Shown one piece after another: positions 39,950-51,780 of a stretch of 64,000 bases of DNA (its first letter is position 1; the number at the start of each line of letters is the position of its first letter). The position numbers and the translations under genes are program-made. The notes beneath the pieces are model-generated. The model was not told the DNA's origin. It saw only the letters and a program-made list of their open reading frames with translations, and ran no database searches. This DNA comes from Octopus sinensis (Eukaryota), in assembly GCF_006345805.1 (NCBI RefSeq), contig NC_043010.1, forward strand, positions 60,450,001 to 60,514,000, read 5' to 3'.

Positions 39950-42440
39950 GACTGTACTGCACTGGCAATTACATTGGAACTTTATGCAGAAAATTTTAAG
40001 CAAAAGATAATAAAAGATTCTGTTCCAAAGAAGGGTATTTTAAATATTAATGTGTACATGTGTCAAATGTTAATAAAAATCAACTATAGTTTTCTAAACT
40101 ATTAACATCTCGTAATAAAAAATATACAGGGTTTAGATATAACAAAATGGACAAAGAGTTCATATTTTAACTATAATTTATCCTTCAGTTTATTTCTAGC
40201 TTGTAGATAGAAATTTTAAAATAAATCATTTAGATTTGCTAGAGAATTTTTTGTACCTTCTTTATTAATGTTACAGTTCTTCAGATTATAGTGTCTGTCA
40301 CAATTCACTGATCATTATTCTGTTTACTTTTTTAGCTTGTGGTGCAATAATTAATAATGATGTTGGACATAATGGGGATGTTACATTCTATTATTAGAAG
40401 ACACTTTGACAAAGAAACATCTGTTGTATATCATGACCTGGAATCATCTCTGTTAAAGACTAAGAAACAGTTCTCTGTCAAAGTAACTGATGTCAATGAT
40501 GTAGAACCACATTTTACCAAAGAGACATTCCAATTCCTCACCTATGAAAACCAGAAAGTTGATTTCCCTATTGGCTTCATCAATGCTACAGACCCTGATC
40601 TTGGAGATGGAGGCCAACTTACATATTCTATCATCAAGGAAAATAATAATGATAACATTCCTTTCCAACTGACAAAATATGGATTCATTTCTACATCACA
40701 ATCAATAGATCGAGAAATGAAAGACATCTATAAGTTCAAGGTTTTAGTGAAAGATAATGGAACACCTTCTCTCAATGACACTGCCAATATTGTTATTGAG
40801 ATTCTAGATAAAAATGATAATGCTCCGTATTTTACGTTTCCTAATAATGACCCTTACAATCTAGATGTCCACTACCATCCACACAGTAAGAAGGACATCA
40901 CAATTCTGAAAGCATCTGACAAAGACACTGGAAACAATGCTTTCCTCACATATGGAATACTGAGATCCATCATCATCATCATTTCATGTCGGTTTTCCAT
41001 GCTGGCATGGGTTGCACAGTTTGACAGGAGCTATCTGTTTTGGCTGGATTTCTACAGCTGGATGTCCTACTTAGTACCAACCACTTTACAGAGTGTGCTG
41101 GGTGCTGAACTTACACGCTGATGTGTTATATTTCTCAGACAATTTACCAAAATGTTTCAGAAACATATGAGCTGACCTTAGCAAGTGATGTAATAGCACT
41201 GCTAACACAATAGAACATGGTATTGACTTAAAAAAACATTTACTCTACTTTGTAATATATTGTGGTTGCATAACAAAATACCATGTTCTTAAAGTCTTTA
41301 ATATTAGCTGGAGTTTATAGTGGTACTCCAGTTCAATCAGCAACAACTGCTATCATACTAACACTGTTTGTTAGTAATGTTACATCTTCAATGTTGACTG
41401 CTGTGCCATTCCAGTCTGGTCACGACCTGAATATGACTTGGATAATTATCATTGTAGCAGCAGCTGTAATAGTATCTGTGGCTATTGTAGTGTCCATAAC
41501 ACTGTGTGTTTTCAGATGTATTAATCACACAAATAACGCACCTACAACAGCAGAGAATCCCAACTTTCTCTCTCAGACTGAGATGAGACAATTGCAAGAA
41601 ATGCAGAAGAGATATTTAACTGAAATCTTCAGACAATAGAGTTTAAAAGTCAGTTTTTTCTGGAGATGGAACAGACACCAGATGAGAGGAAATTCTGAAC
41701 AACACAGAGGAGACTTCTCACCTGTTCCTCAGGTAAATATCATTTTATGTCTCTGATATCCTTTTGATTTTAAATGCAAAAGTATTTTAGTGATTATTCA
41801 CACATGTTCAAATATTTATATAAATTATCAATTTTAGAAACTCATGTGTATGAGCAGTTTTATTCCTTTGCTTAAAATTTATTGTTTATCTGTGACTTTC
41901 TGAATTAATTATTCATTTTTGTTTAGTGATACTTAAACAGTTTCAATGCCTATTATAGAAATACAACACTTTTTATATAATGACTGTTTTATTAGGTAAG
42001 ATCTAGATTTGTATCAATATAATTTTTTATCTTTTCTATAATCAACTGAGATATGTTTCTATCCATAGTCGAGAAGGTCACATCAGTTCCAACCTGTCTA
42101 ACTACAACAGTGACACCTTAACATCCCAAAAGGACAGAGAAGCTAGCAAGAGTAATGGCAAGACTAAACCATATGATGAGATACCTGCAGAACCAGGTAA
42201 CTTTTATCGAAACATAACATATAAATGTAATTGCCTTTATTACTGTAGGACAATATATAATGTTATGCTTAGTGTAATATAAGATCAATGTTTCTATCTT
42301 TATATATTGGAGTTGTTATATTGAAATGTAATTTGTGTTTGTATATTTGATATTTTGCAGAATATACCAATGACAATCCAGTGGCAGCCACAATACTAAA
42401 GGGACAGCAAATACAAGATACCTTTCTACAGCCAACATAG
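39950..42440 (+). pseudogene. Protocadherin pseudogene (psi-Pcdh-B)
   Basis: Decayed EC2-EC4 traces (IKDSVPKKGILNINV, NVNKNQL*FSK, NNDVGHNGDV then a frameshift to HFDKE). Intact EC5 block 40471-40968, RTE-tail insertion at 40969, 131-bp insertion at 41175, 10-nt deletion near 41320, deletion near 41595, exon-2 acceptor AG changed to TG near 42047. Terminal exon 42361-42440 intact apart from Y to F. Confidence 0.88.
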
Positions 42441-43289
42441 TAGATGTTCCATGACTATTGTTAAATGATTCTCTCACATACCAAATTTTATACAATACTT
42501 TATATTCATATAAAAATATCAACTTTATTTTTCTTTCACACATCACACAAAACATGCCTTTAATGTGATTTACATCTCTGATACATGAAATACTACAAAT
42601 ACCCTTCTGTATATTATCATTGATGACAGTATATTGGGCTCATTGTATGTTATATTTAAATTGCTAAGCTCCTGTTTTAGTGTAATTCTAATTTCTATAT
42701 TTACTTCATCCATTTGTAGCATAAAACAACATAAAAGTTTTGCTATTATATCATTTAACTAATGATCTTAATCTCAAATGTTGTAATCTGGTAGAATGAA
42801 TCACACACATGCATGCACACAGTTCACAGATTCAGATTCAAGTTATTATTTCTTTATTCTAGAATTAGAACGTGTAAATACAATATATTATAATAATGAT
42901 ACACAAAATTTAATGAATGAATTTTTAAAACTGTTTGTTTATGCAATTAAAACGTTTAATAAACATTGATTTGAATTTATTTTATTAGTTTTGTTATATC
43001 AGGAAATGATTAGAGTGTTGGATTTACTTTTGTTGCCCATTTTGTTCACATTATTATACAGTATTTCCTCTTCTTACCCTAAGTCTTAACAGTTCATGAT
43101 GTTATAATAGTCTCAACCAAATACAGAATATTTTTCAGTATTTAAACTCTCATACAATCAGAATTATACTCTTAACACTAAATATCAGATTTGTTTTTTA
43201 GTAAGCCCTAAATACGTAATATGATAATGTGATCTTATGAAAATCATGAATCTACTTCAGTGTAAAGTGAGTTCTCTTGTTCGATGTGT

Positions 43290-43686
43290 TTGTGTGACAC
43301 AGACACCATTGCAGTAATTTCCTATTGGATGAGAGAGATTTGCTATATTTCCTTCAATATTGAAAGTGAGGCTGATAGCTTTTTTCTTTGTTCATCATAC
43401 ACACAATTGTGTGTTGTGTGTGTGGAGGACATAGAGTTGTAACTAGCACACACCAGCATCTGGCTAACATCTCATACAAGCCCTGTCACACTATTATATC
43501 AGCAGTTACACAGGAACACCACCACTACAACAGCAGCAGCAGCTGCAGTAACACAGGAACACTACTACAACAGCAGCAGTACCACTATAATACCACTACA
43601 GCAGCAGCAGCAGTTAGAGTGGAACACTACAGCAGGATACACATCATCCATCACACACAACTACAGTGAAGGATTAAACAATGCAG
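43290..43686 (+). promoter_or_regulatory. Candidate promoter and non-coding first exon of Pcdh-C
   Basis: Block duplicated at 51230-51621. Reverse CCAAT (ATTGG) near 43325, AGCAGTTACACAGGAACA at 43501, CAG/CAC/CTA triplet-rich tract, donor ATGCAG|GTAAGT at 43686/43687. Confidence 0.6.
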
Positions 43687-45649
43687 GTAAGTCTCTCTCT
43701 CTCTCTCTCTCTCTTTCTCTTTAATATCTTTTCATATTCATTATAACATTTATATTATTTGTGTTTCTAATGAAAGACAGGGTAAGGCTAATATCTAAAA
43801 TGTCTGCCATGTTATATGTGTATATGTGTATATATATATATAGGGATTGAGAAAGTAGAGGATAGAGACATCTAGCCATCACTTCCACCATTACCAACAG
43901 TAGCAGCAGCTGTTGTAATATCTCTGAAGTAAAGGCACATTTACAGAGCAGTTGTTGCTTGCAGGGCTCGTTTTGGTTGTAATAGTTTTATTTGATTGGT
44001 CATAAAATAATATATATGTAGAATTCTTGTGTAATTTGTTCAATAAATTTTCTGTGGTTCAATAAATATTCATTGATATCCAGTCGTACATAAGCTGTTA
44101 GGATATTTAACAGTGTATTTGCATCTTAGATATAATCTGCATAGATATAGATAGTATTTAGACAGTTTCTATGCAACAGCAATATCACGAAGTATCTTAA
44201 ATCCTATTTCATTAAGAAAGAAACATTGTTAGATAATTTACAATCTAGATGATACAAAGTAACAACTGACACAATATCTGACTTTATTGTTTTAGTCATG
44301 AATACATGTTTAATTCTGTTTCTTTTTTTTTTTTTTTAATATAAGAATCTTATTCTTTCAGCAAATACTTTGTTGTGCATTATTCTAGGAGAACCATTGC
44401 CTTCTGTTTGTTACTAAACATTCAGAACTATTTTTCTTGTTTCCTGTTATTTCTTTGATTGTAATGGTATCCTTAATGTTCAATATTTTCTTTATACATT
44501 TCCTTTCTTTCTATTATGTGTCAGTGTTCTTTTTCACCTTCTTATATTGAAATTTAAAAAATAGTCATAATGTGAATTATATTATTGTATAATTATGGTT
44601 AATTTAATCTGTAAGATGATATCTATATTATTAGTGCTGTTCTGGTATAATCCTTTCTCATTGTACAGAAATTACATATGTTTTATCAATAGACTCACTG
44701 TGAAAATATAATACATGAATAAACCAGCAGTAGAAAGTTAAGAATGCCCAACTACTTTTACTTTTCTTAAAACTCATGAGAAATCACTTGCCATGTCTTT
44801 CACTTGCTATAATTAATGATATATCTTCTTAAAATATCCAAGCAAATTATTACTGGGATAAAGAAACTTACACAATATTACATAATGGTACAAAGTTGAA
44901 GGCCAACATTTAATAGGAAAACTTCAGACACAGCTTTGTTATAATTAAATAGGTATATAGAAATTGTGTATGTTTATGTGTGGGTCATATATATGAATTG
45001 CTTATGAGGGTGCAGATGTGCAATCAGGTGAAAAGTCAGTAATGAATAGAATGAAGAATTTAGTATGAAAGCAGATATCAACCAGGTTTCAGCTCTCTTA
45101 TTTATTGTAATCTTCGAGTATATAACAAGTTTAAGGCCAGCTGTCCATAAGAATTCCTATGTACTGAAGGACTCACTCTTTTAGTTGAATGTGTTGTAGA
45201 ATTTAGAGTGTAAATTCCAGTTGTAGAAGCAAAATCTAGAATCAAGAGGCTTGAAAGTAAACTTCATAGTCACTATAATATTAGTAGGTAGGTTACATTA
45301 TATGGATTTCTTACCTATTCCTTTTCTGGTTATTGAACATTGCTGTTTCCACACCAACAGGAAAACAGCCATGTTCAATTTGCAGAGAAATAGTAGGTAG
45401 GAATTCCATATGATGCACTGAATGTAAATGATAGACACACAAGAAATGTAGTAGTATTACAAGTTGGCTAATGGAAAAAACAAACATTGCAGCAAATGCA
45501 AAGGCACTAAAACTGCACAGGAAGTTGATCCGTTCAAATTTTAGGAAGGATTTCTTGATATTGTTGATAGTTTTTGTTACATCAGGGGCCTAATTATCTA
45601 TGGTGGTGGATCTGTTGAAGGTATAGTCGCCAGAGTAAAAGCTAATTGA

Positions 45650-45818
45650 AATAAAGTGATAGTATGTTGTCAACTTAATGTGACAGTCCCTTGAAAGGGA
45701 AGAATGCTACTGTTATTTAGCCCTAGGAAACACTGTTTCCTTTTGGACTAAATAACAATAGCATTCTTCCCTTTCATGGGACTGTCACATTAAGTTGACA
45801 ACATACTATCACTTTATT
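45650..45818. repeat. 169-bp near-perfect hairpin (MITE-like or fold-back)
   Basis: Arms of ~82 bp (AATAAAGTGATAGTATGTTGTCAACTTAATGTGACAGTCCC...), loop ACT; the outer 41 bp pair perfectly. Confidence 0.92.
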
Positions 45819-47156
45819 GTGTTGCTACTGCATAAATCTCTCTGAGAGATTTAGAAATGCCTTATTTCTATTTTCAAAAATTAGTTGAAATAAGTTCAGG
45901 GAGTTATTAACTCTGCTCATAACAAAATGGTTCTCTCTGAGAATGAAAGGCAGATTGTATAATGCATGTGTACAAAATACAATGCTGCATGGTAGAGACA
46001 CATGGAGCCTGAATACAGAGGATTTCTAAAAGCTAGAAAGAAACGAAGCTTGCTCCACTGGATTTGTAATGTTAAGTGCTTGAGCAGTAGAAAACAAATG
46101 GGGTAAAAGAAAAACTGAATGTAATAGAAATTAGATGTAGTATGCAAGAGAGTGTTGACTACTTGAAGTAGTTGGAATATGTTGAAGAGGAGACCCTGGA
46201 AGACATGGACCAAAGTGGTGATGACGAAACTCATAAAAGAAATGATTTTAAAAAATATGATGAATGATGACTCATGGTGGTGATGGCTGCATTTCGGTCA
46301 CTTACCCAGTGTATTCTTGTTATGTTTCCATCTACCGCTATTTACATTACCCTTTCATCTATCACTCTATCTCCATGTCACCTGTATAACTATGAATAGT
46401 ATTTCATGTGTCTGGATTTAACCCTTCCACCATCACTCCTTATCGCTCTTCTAACATAAGACCCTTTTTATTTAAGGGAATTTTTTCCGCAACTCCCATA
46501 CTTTTCAAAAATTTATGTATTCAACAAGCTGATTTTAGTAACTAATAGCCAGTCATTTTCACAGTTTTATTTCACAACTGAATAATATATGTACCTGAAT
46601 ATGTTACTGAATACATCACATTAACCAAAGACCAAAATCACTTATTTAATAAGAAAGCTGATGCTGCTCTTGACGCAGGGGTAAGAATTTTAGATGCAAA
46701 CACAGACACTTTTAAGCTTAAGTCATGTTTTAAAAATTGTCTAAAAAACTTGAACTCTTTCTGTAGATTTAGAAAGTATTTTGAAAATCTTAGTTTGTCT
46801 TGATCAGCCTTATTGTGATTAAATATGCATTTTACAATGCAGAATCCTCAAATTTAGGTCTTCGTTCAAGGTTCTCCTGCTTTACTTTAGCAGGTTCACA
46901 GGCTCCTTTGGATGCTAGGCTGGAAACCAATTTATAGCTTATTGCTGACAAAATAATTTTGAAATTCAAATCAAATACACATTTATGTATGTTAAACCTG
47001 AACTATATATTGCAAGAATGAATCACTTAGCAAAACTGTTTTTAGAAAAAATTTTGCTCACTGACATATATTTAATCTTACTTTGTCTCTGTTTGTAATT
47101 TTTACCTATTGTAATTCTAGAAATATCTCATAGGAGAGTAATGACGACCTACAGAC

Positions 47157-49559
47157 ATGAATGGAAATATCATTTACCTGGTGTGTTTGCTACAATTACG
47201 ACAGTCTCTTGTACTGTCCATAGATATTACATACCATGTCAAGGAAGAAGGCAGTCCTCACACCTATATAGGAGACATTGCTGTTGACTCCAACTTATCA
47301 TACCCTCTCACACATCAACAACACACTCTCATTACATTTACACAACTACAAAGGACAGTTGAAAGTGGTTCTCACTTATTTAATGTCACCAACTCAGGAA
47401 AACTATACACTACTCAAACACTGGATGCTGAGTCTCTGTGTACATACAACAAGGAATGTTCCAGAATTGTTAAAGTAGCAGTAAGGGAAAATAAAAGATT
47501 TCTGAAGATCCTGAAGGTGAAAATAATAATAGAAGACATCAATGATCATTCTCCAGAATTTTCTATTGATAAAATCACTGTTAAATATACTGAAGATAGT
47601 TTTAAAGGAACCAGAAGGATAATTCCATTTGCCATAGATAGGGATATAACCATCTTGAATTCCCAAATTTCATATAAAATAATGGCTAGTCAAAGAGATC
47701 CATTTTCTTTGTACATGAAAAAACAAAATGATGGTGCCTTCATACCTCAACTTATTCTTGAAGAAACATTAGACAGAGAAGTCAAAGACTCATATATGTT
47801 GACCCTGGAAGCTAAAGATGGAGGGAACCCTCCCAAAACAGCTACACTCAAGGTACACATATCTGTGACAGACGTCAATGATAACACACCTGTATTTTCA
47901 CAGAAAGTCTACAATGTCTCTATAAGCAATTCACATCAAAGACATTTACCAATTCTTACTTTAAAAGCAACAGATAGAGATTCTGGACACAATGGAAAGA
48001 TTTCTTACCATTTCAACCATAAAACTCCCATTCTGTTCCAGAAATATTTTTTATTAAAGAGAACTAATGGTGAGATATATTTAAAAGATAATTTTAGTTT
48101 TGGTGGAAAACATACATACAAATTATACATTGAAGCACAAGATGATGGGAGTCCCTCCCTAAGTTCTGTAACAATGGTACAGATTCACGTAATTAGTAAC
48201 CAAAATTCTGCTCCCATGATAAATATAGATTTTGTATCTCCTTTATCAGAGAGTTCCACAGCAGTTTCAGAAGACAGTGAAGTAGATAGTTTTATAGCTT
48301 ATGTTATGGTCACCGACAATGATAGTGGACCTAATGGTGAGGTTAGCTGTGATTTAAAACATGATAAATTTAAACTTGCCAAAATGGATTCTAAAGAATA
48401 TAAAATAATTGTTAAGGGCCACCTTGACAGAGAAATAAGGGACCATTATAAAGTATCTGTTGTGTGTCGTGATATGGGGTCACCTCAACTAGAAAGTAAA
48501 AAATATTTCTCTGTCAAAGTAACTGATGTCAATGATGTAGAACCACATTTTACCAAAGAGACATTCCAATTCCTCACCTATGAAAACCAGAAAGTTGACT
48601 TCCCTATTGGCTTCATCAATGCTACAGACCCTGATCTTGGAGATGGAGGCCAACTTACATATTCTATCATCAGTGATAACAACAATGATAACATTCCTTT
48701 CCAACTGACAAAATATGGATTCATTTCTACATCACATCCAATAGATCGAGAAATGAAAGACATCTATAAGTTCAAGGTTTCAGTGAAAGATAATGGAACA
48801 CCTTCTCTGAATGACACTGCCAATATTGTTATTGAGATTCTAGATAAAAATGATAATGCTCCGTATTTTACGTTTCCTAATAATGACCCTTACAATCTAG
48901 ATGTCCACTACCATCCACACAGTAAGAAGGACATCACAATTCTGAGAGCATCTGACAAAGACACTGGAAACAATGCTTTCCTCACATATGGAATACTGAG
49001 ATCCAATGATAAAAACCTGTTTACAGTGAACTCACACACTGGTGTGTTATCTTTCTCTCGCACAGTTTACCAAAATGATGCAGGAACATATGAGCTGCAG
49101 TTTATAGTGAAAGACGGTGGTACTCCAGTTCAATCAGCAACAACTGCTATCATACTAACACTGTTTGTTAGTAATGATACATCTCCAATGTTGACTGCTG
49201 TGCCATTCCAGTCTGGTCACGACCTGAATATGACTTGGGTAATTATCATTGTAGCAGCAGCTGTAATACTATCTGTGGCTATTGTAGTGTCCATAACACT
49301 GTGTGTTTTCAGATGTATTAATCACACAAATAACTCACCCACAACAGCAGAGAATCCCAACTTTCTCTCTCAGACTGAGATGAGACAATTACTGTATCAG
49401 ACCAACAATCCTGTTGCAATAACGAGAAATGCAGAAGAGATATTTAACCGAAATCTTCAGACAATAAAATCTAAAAGTCAGTTTTTTCTGGAGATGGAAC
49501 AGACACCAGATGAATGGAAATTCTCAACAACACAAAGGAGACTTCCACCTGTGCCTCAG
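47157..49559 (+). CDS. Protocadherin C, large coding exon
   Basis: 813-aa ORF with signal peptide, six EC repeats, C-x5-C in EC1 and TM. Acceptor CTAG|AAATAT at 47120/47121; phase-0 donor CAG|GTAAAT at 49559/49560. Confidence 0.95.
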
Positions 49560-49935
49560 GTAAATATTATTTTAAACAATTCTATGGCATATTTTTGAAA
49601 CATTCATCAAAATATATTTGAAATCTCTTATTTTATATACATGTTATGTTCTTTATGCCTTCTCCATAAAACATAATGGCTCTTTCATATTTTTACAATT
49701 TACAGAATTCATAAATCTAAAATTTCCATATATTTCATTAAACTAGTATCTCTGTTTTGTTTATTGTCTACTCCAAGTTATTTTCATTAACTAAGACTGT
49801 CTTCAATTATACTGTTTCTGCTCATTTTAAAAGCATTCCTCTCTTGTGTCTTACCAGAAACATTCTAGAATACAAATATATATGTTTCTTCTTTTTAACA
49901 TTATGCTTCACTCTGCTTTTTTTTCTAATCACCAG

Positions 49936-50080
49936 AGATGTGATTCAATCCATAGTCAAGGACGTCGTACCAGTTCCATCATGTCTTACAACAGTGACAC
50001 CTTAACATCCCAAAAGGACAGAGAAGCTAGCAAGAGTAATGGCAAGACTAAACCATATGATGAGATACCTGCAGAACCAG
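49936..50080 (+). CDS. Protocadherin C, cytoplasmic exon 2
   Basis: Acceptor TTTTCTAATCACCAG, 145 nt open (RCDSIHSQGRRTSS...KPYDEIPAEP), donor CAG|GTAACT in phase 1. Confidence 0.85.
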
Positions 50081-50244
50081 GTAACTTTTATCAAAACATA
50101 ACATATAAATGTAATTGCCTTTATTACTGTAGGACAATATATAATGTTATGCTTAGTGTAATACAAGATCAATGTTTCTATCTTTATATATTGGAGTTGT
50201 TATATTGAAATGTAATTTGTGTTTGTATATTTGATATTTTGCAG

Positions 50245-50324
50245 AATATACCAATGACAATCCAGTTGCAGCCACAATACTAAAGGGACAACAAATACAA
50301 GATACCTATCTACAGCCAACATAG
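50245..50324 (+). CDS. Protocadherin C, terminal coding exon
   Basis: Acceptor ATATTTTGCAG; (E)YTNDNPVAATILKGQQIQDTYLQPT*. Predicted spliced protein is 875 aa. Confidence 0.85.
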
Positions 50325-51229
50325 TAGATGTTCCATGACTATTGTTAAATGATTCTCTCACACACCAAATCTTATACAATACTTTATATTCATATAAAAA
50401 TATCAACTCTATGTTTCTTTCACACATCACACATAAAGGGCCTTGCAGGGCATCTATTATGACCCTTGATTTACATCTCTGATACATGAAATACTACAAA
50501 TACCCTTCTCTATATTATCATTGATGACAGTATATTGGGCTCATTGTATGTTATATTTAATTTGCTAAGCTCCTGTTTTAGTGTAATTCTAATTTCTATA
50601 TTTACATCATCCATTTGTAGCATAAAACAAAATAAAAGTTTTGCTATTATATCATTTAACTAACGATCTTAATCTGGAGGTTCTGCAGAATGTTGACATA
50701 TCTTGTAGTATCCACACCATCTGAGAGGAGAGTAACAATAAATTTAGCATAATTTGAAGTAAAGTGAAATTTAAATGAAATATTATCAGATCTAGTGTTG
50801 AATTTCGATTTAGTAAATCTTAAGAATACTCCCCAAATTAAATACATTCCTACACTAAACACTTTTAGTTTGTCCATTAAAATGTAGCTATATGAATATT
50901 TCATATAAATAATAAAATACAATTTTTATGCAGCATTTTGCTTAATTTACATTTACTGTTGTCACCTAATAGCTGTTGTTTAGATTTCTTTTTGCCACGT
51001 TTGTAGCAACGATGTCTATTTCTTTAACTAACATTGAATTTTTTGTTGTTACAAGGATCTTTTTATTGCTAGGATATACTATAATCTGTTTAATATTAAA
51101 AAATAAGTAATAACAGAACTAAATAGGATACTCCTCGATTAATCACACTATCTATAAAATATATGAATGATAATTGCACATAATTCATCAAACAGCCTCT
51201 GTTTAACATCAATTCTCTTATTTGATGTG

Positions 51230-51621
51230 TTTGTGTGACACAGACAACATTGCAGTAATTTCCTATTGGATGAGAGAGATTTTCTATATTTCTTTCAATA
51301 TTGAAAGTGAGGCTGATAGCTTTTTTCTTTGTTCATCATACACACAATTGTGTGTGTGTGTGTGGAGGACATAGAGTTGTAACTAGCACACACCAGCATC
51401 TGGCTAACATCTCACCTCCCACTACATACAGCAACTGTCACACTATTATATCAGCAGTTACACAGGAACAGCAGCAGCAGCTGCAGTAACACAGGAACAC
51501 TACTACAACAGCAGCAGTACCACTATAATACCACTACAGCAGCAGCAGTTGGAGTGGAACACTACAGCAGGATACACATCATCCATCACACACAACTACA
51601 GTGAAGGATTAAACAATGCAG
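51230..51621 (+). promoter_or_regulatory. Candidate promoter and non-coding first exon of Pcdh-D
   Basis: Paralog of 43290-43686; TCAGCAGTTACACAGGAACA at 51451-51470; donor ATGCAG|GTAAGT at 51621/51622. Confidence 0.6.
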
Positions 51622-51748
51622 GTAAGTCTCTCTCTCGCTTTCTCATCTTTTCATATCCTTTATAATTATATTGTATGTGTTTCTAATGTACGACAGGGTA
51701 ATGCTACAATCTAAAATGTCCACCATGTTGTGTGTGTGTGTATATATT

Positions 51749-51780
<32 letters not shown>

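Noticed and set aside
40357-41121. 254-aa cadherin ORF as a stand-alone gene
   Set aside because: No signal peptide, the N-terminus comes from a frameshifted EC4 remnant and the C-terminus from an RTE-tail insertion; treated as part of the pseudogene.
43388-43669. His/Gln/Ser/Ala-rich 93-aa ORF
   Set aside because: Starts at TTG, arises from the CAN triplet tract, and is broken by a stop in the paralog at 51301-51489.
49846-50208. ORFs spanning exon 2 (also 63192-63377)
   Set aside because: They are exon 2 read with flanking intron; already explained by the spliced gene model.
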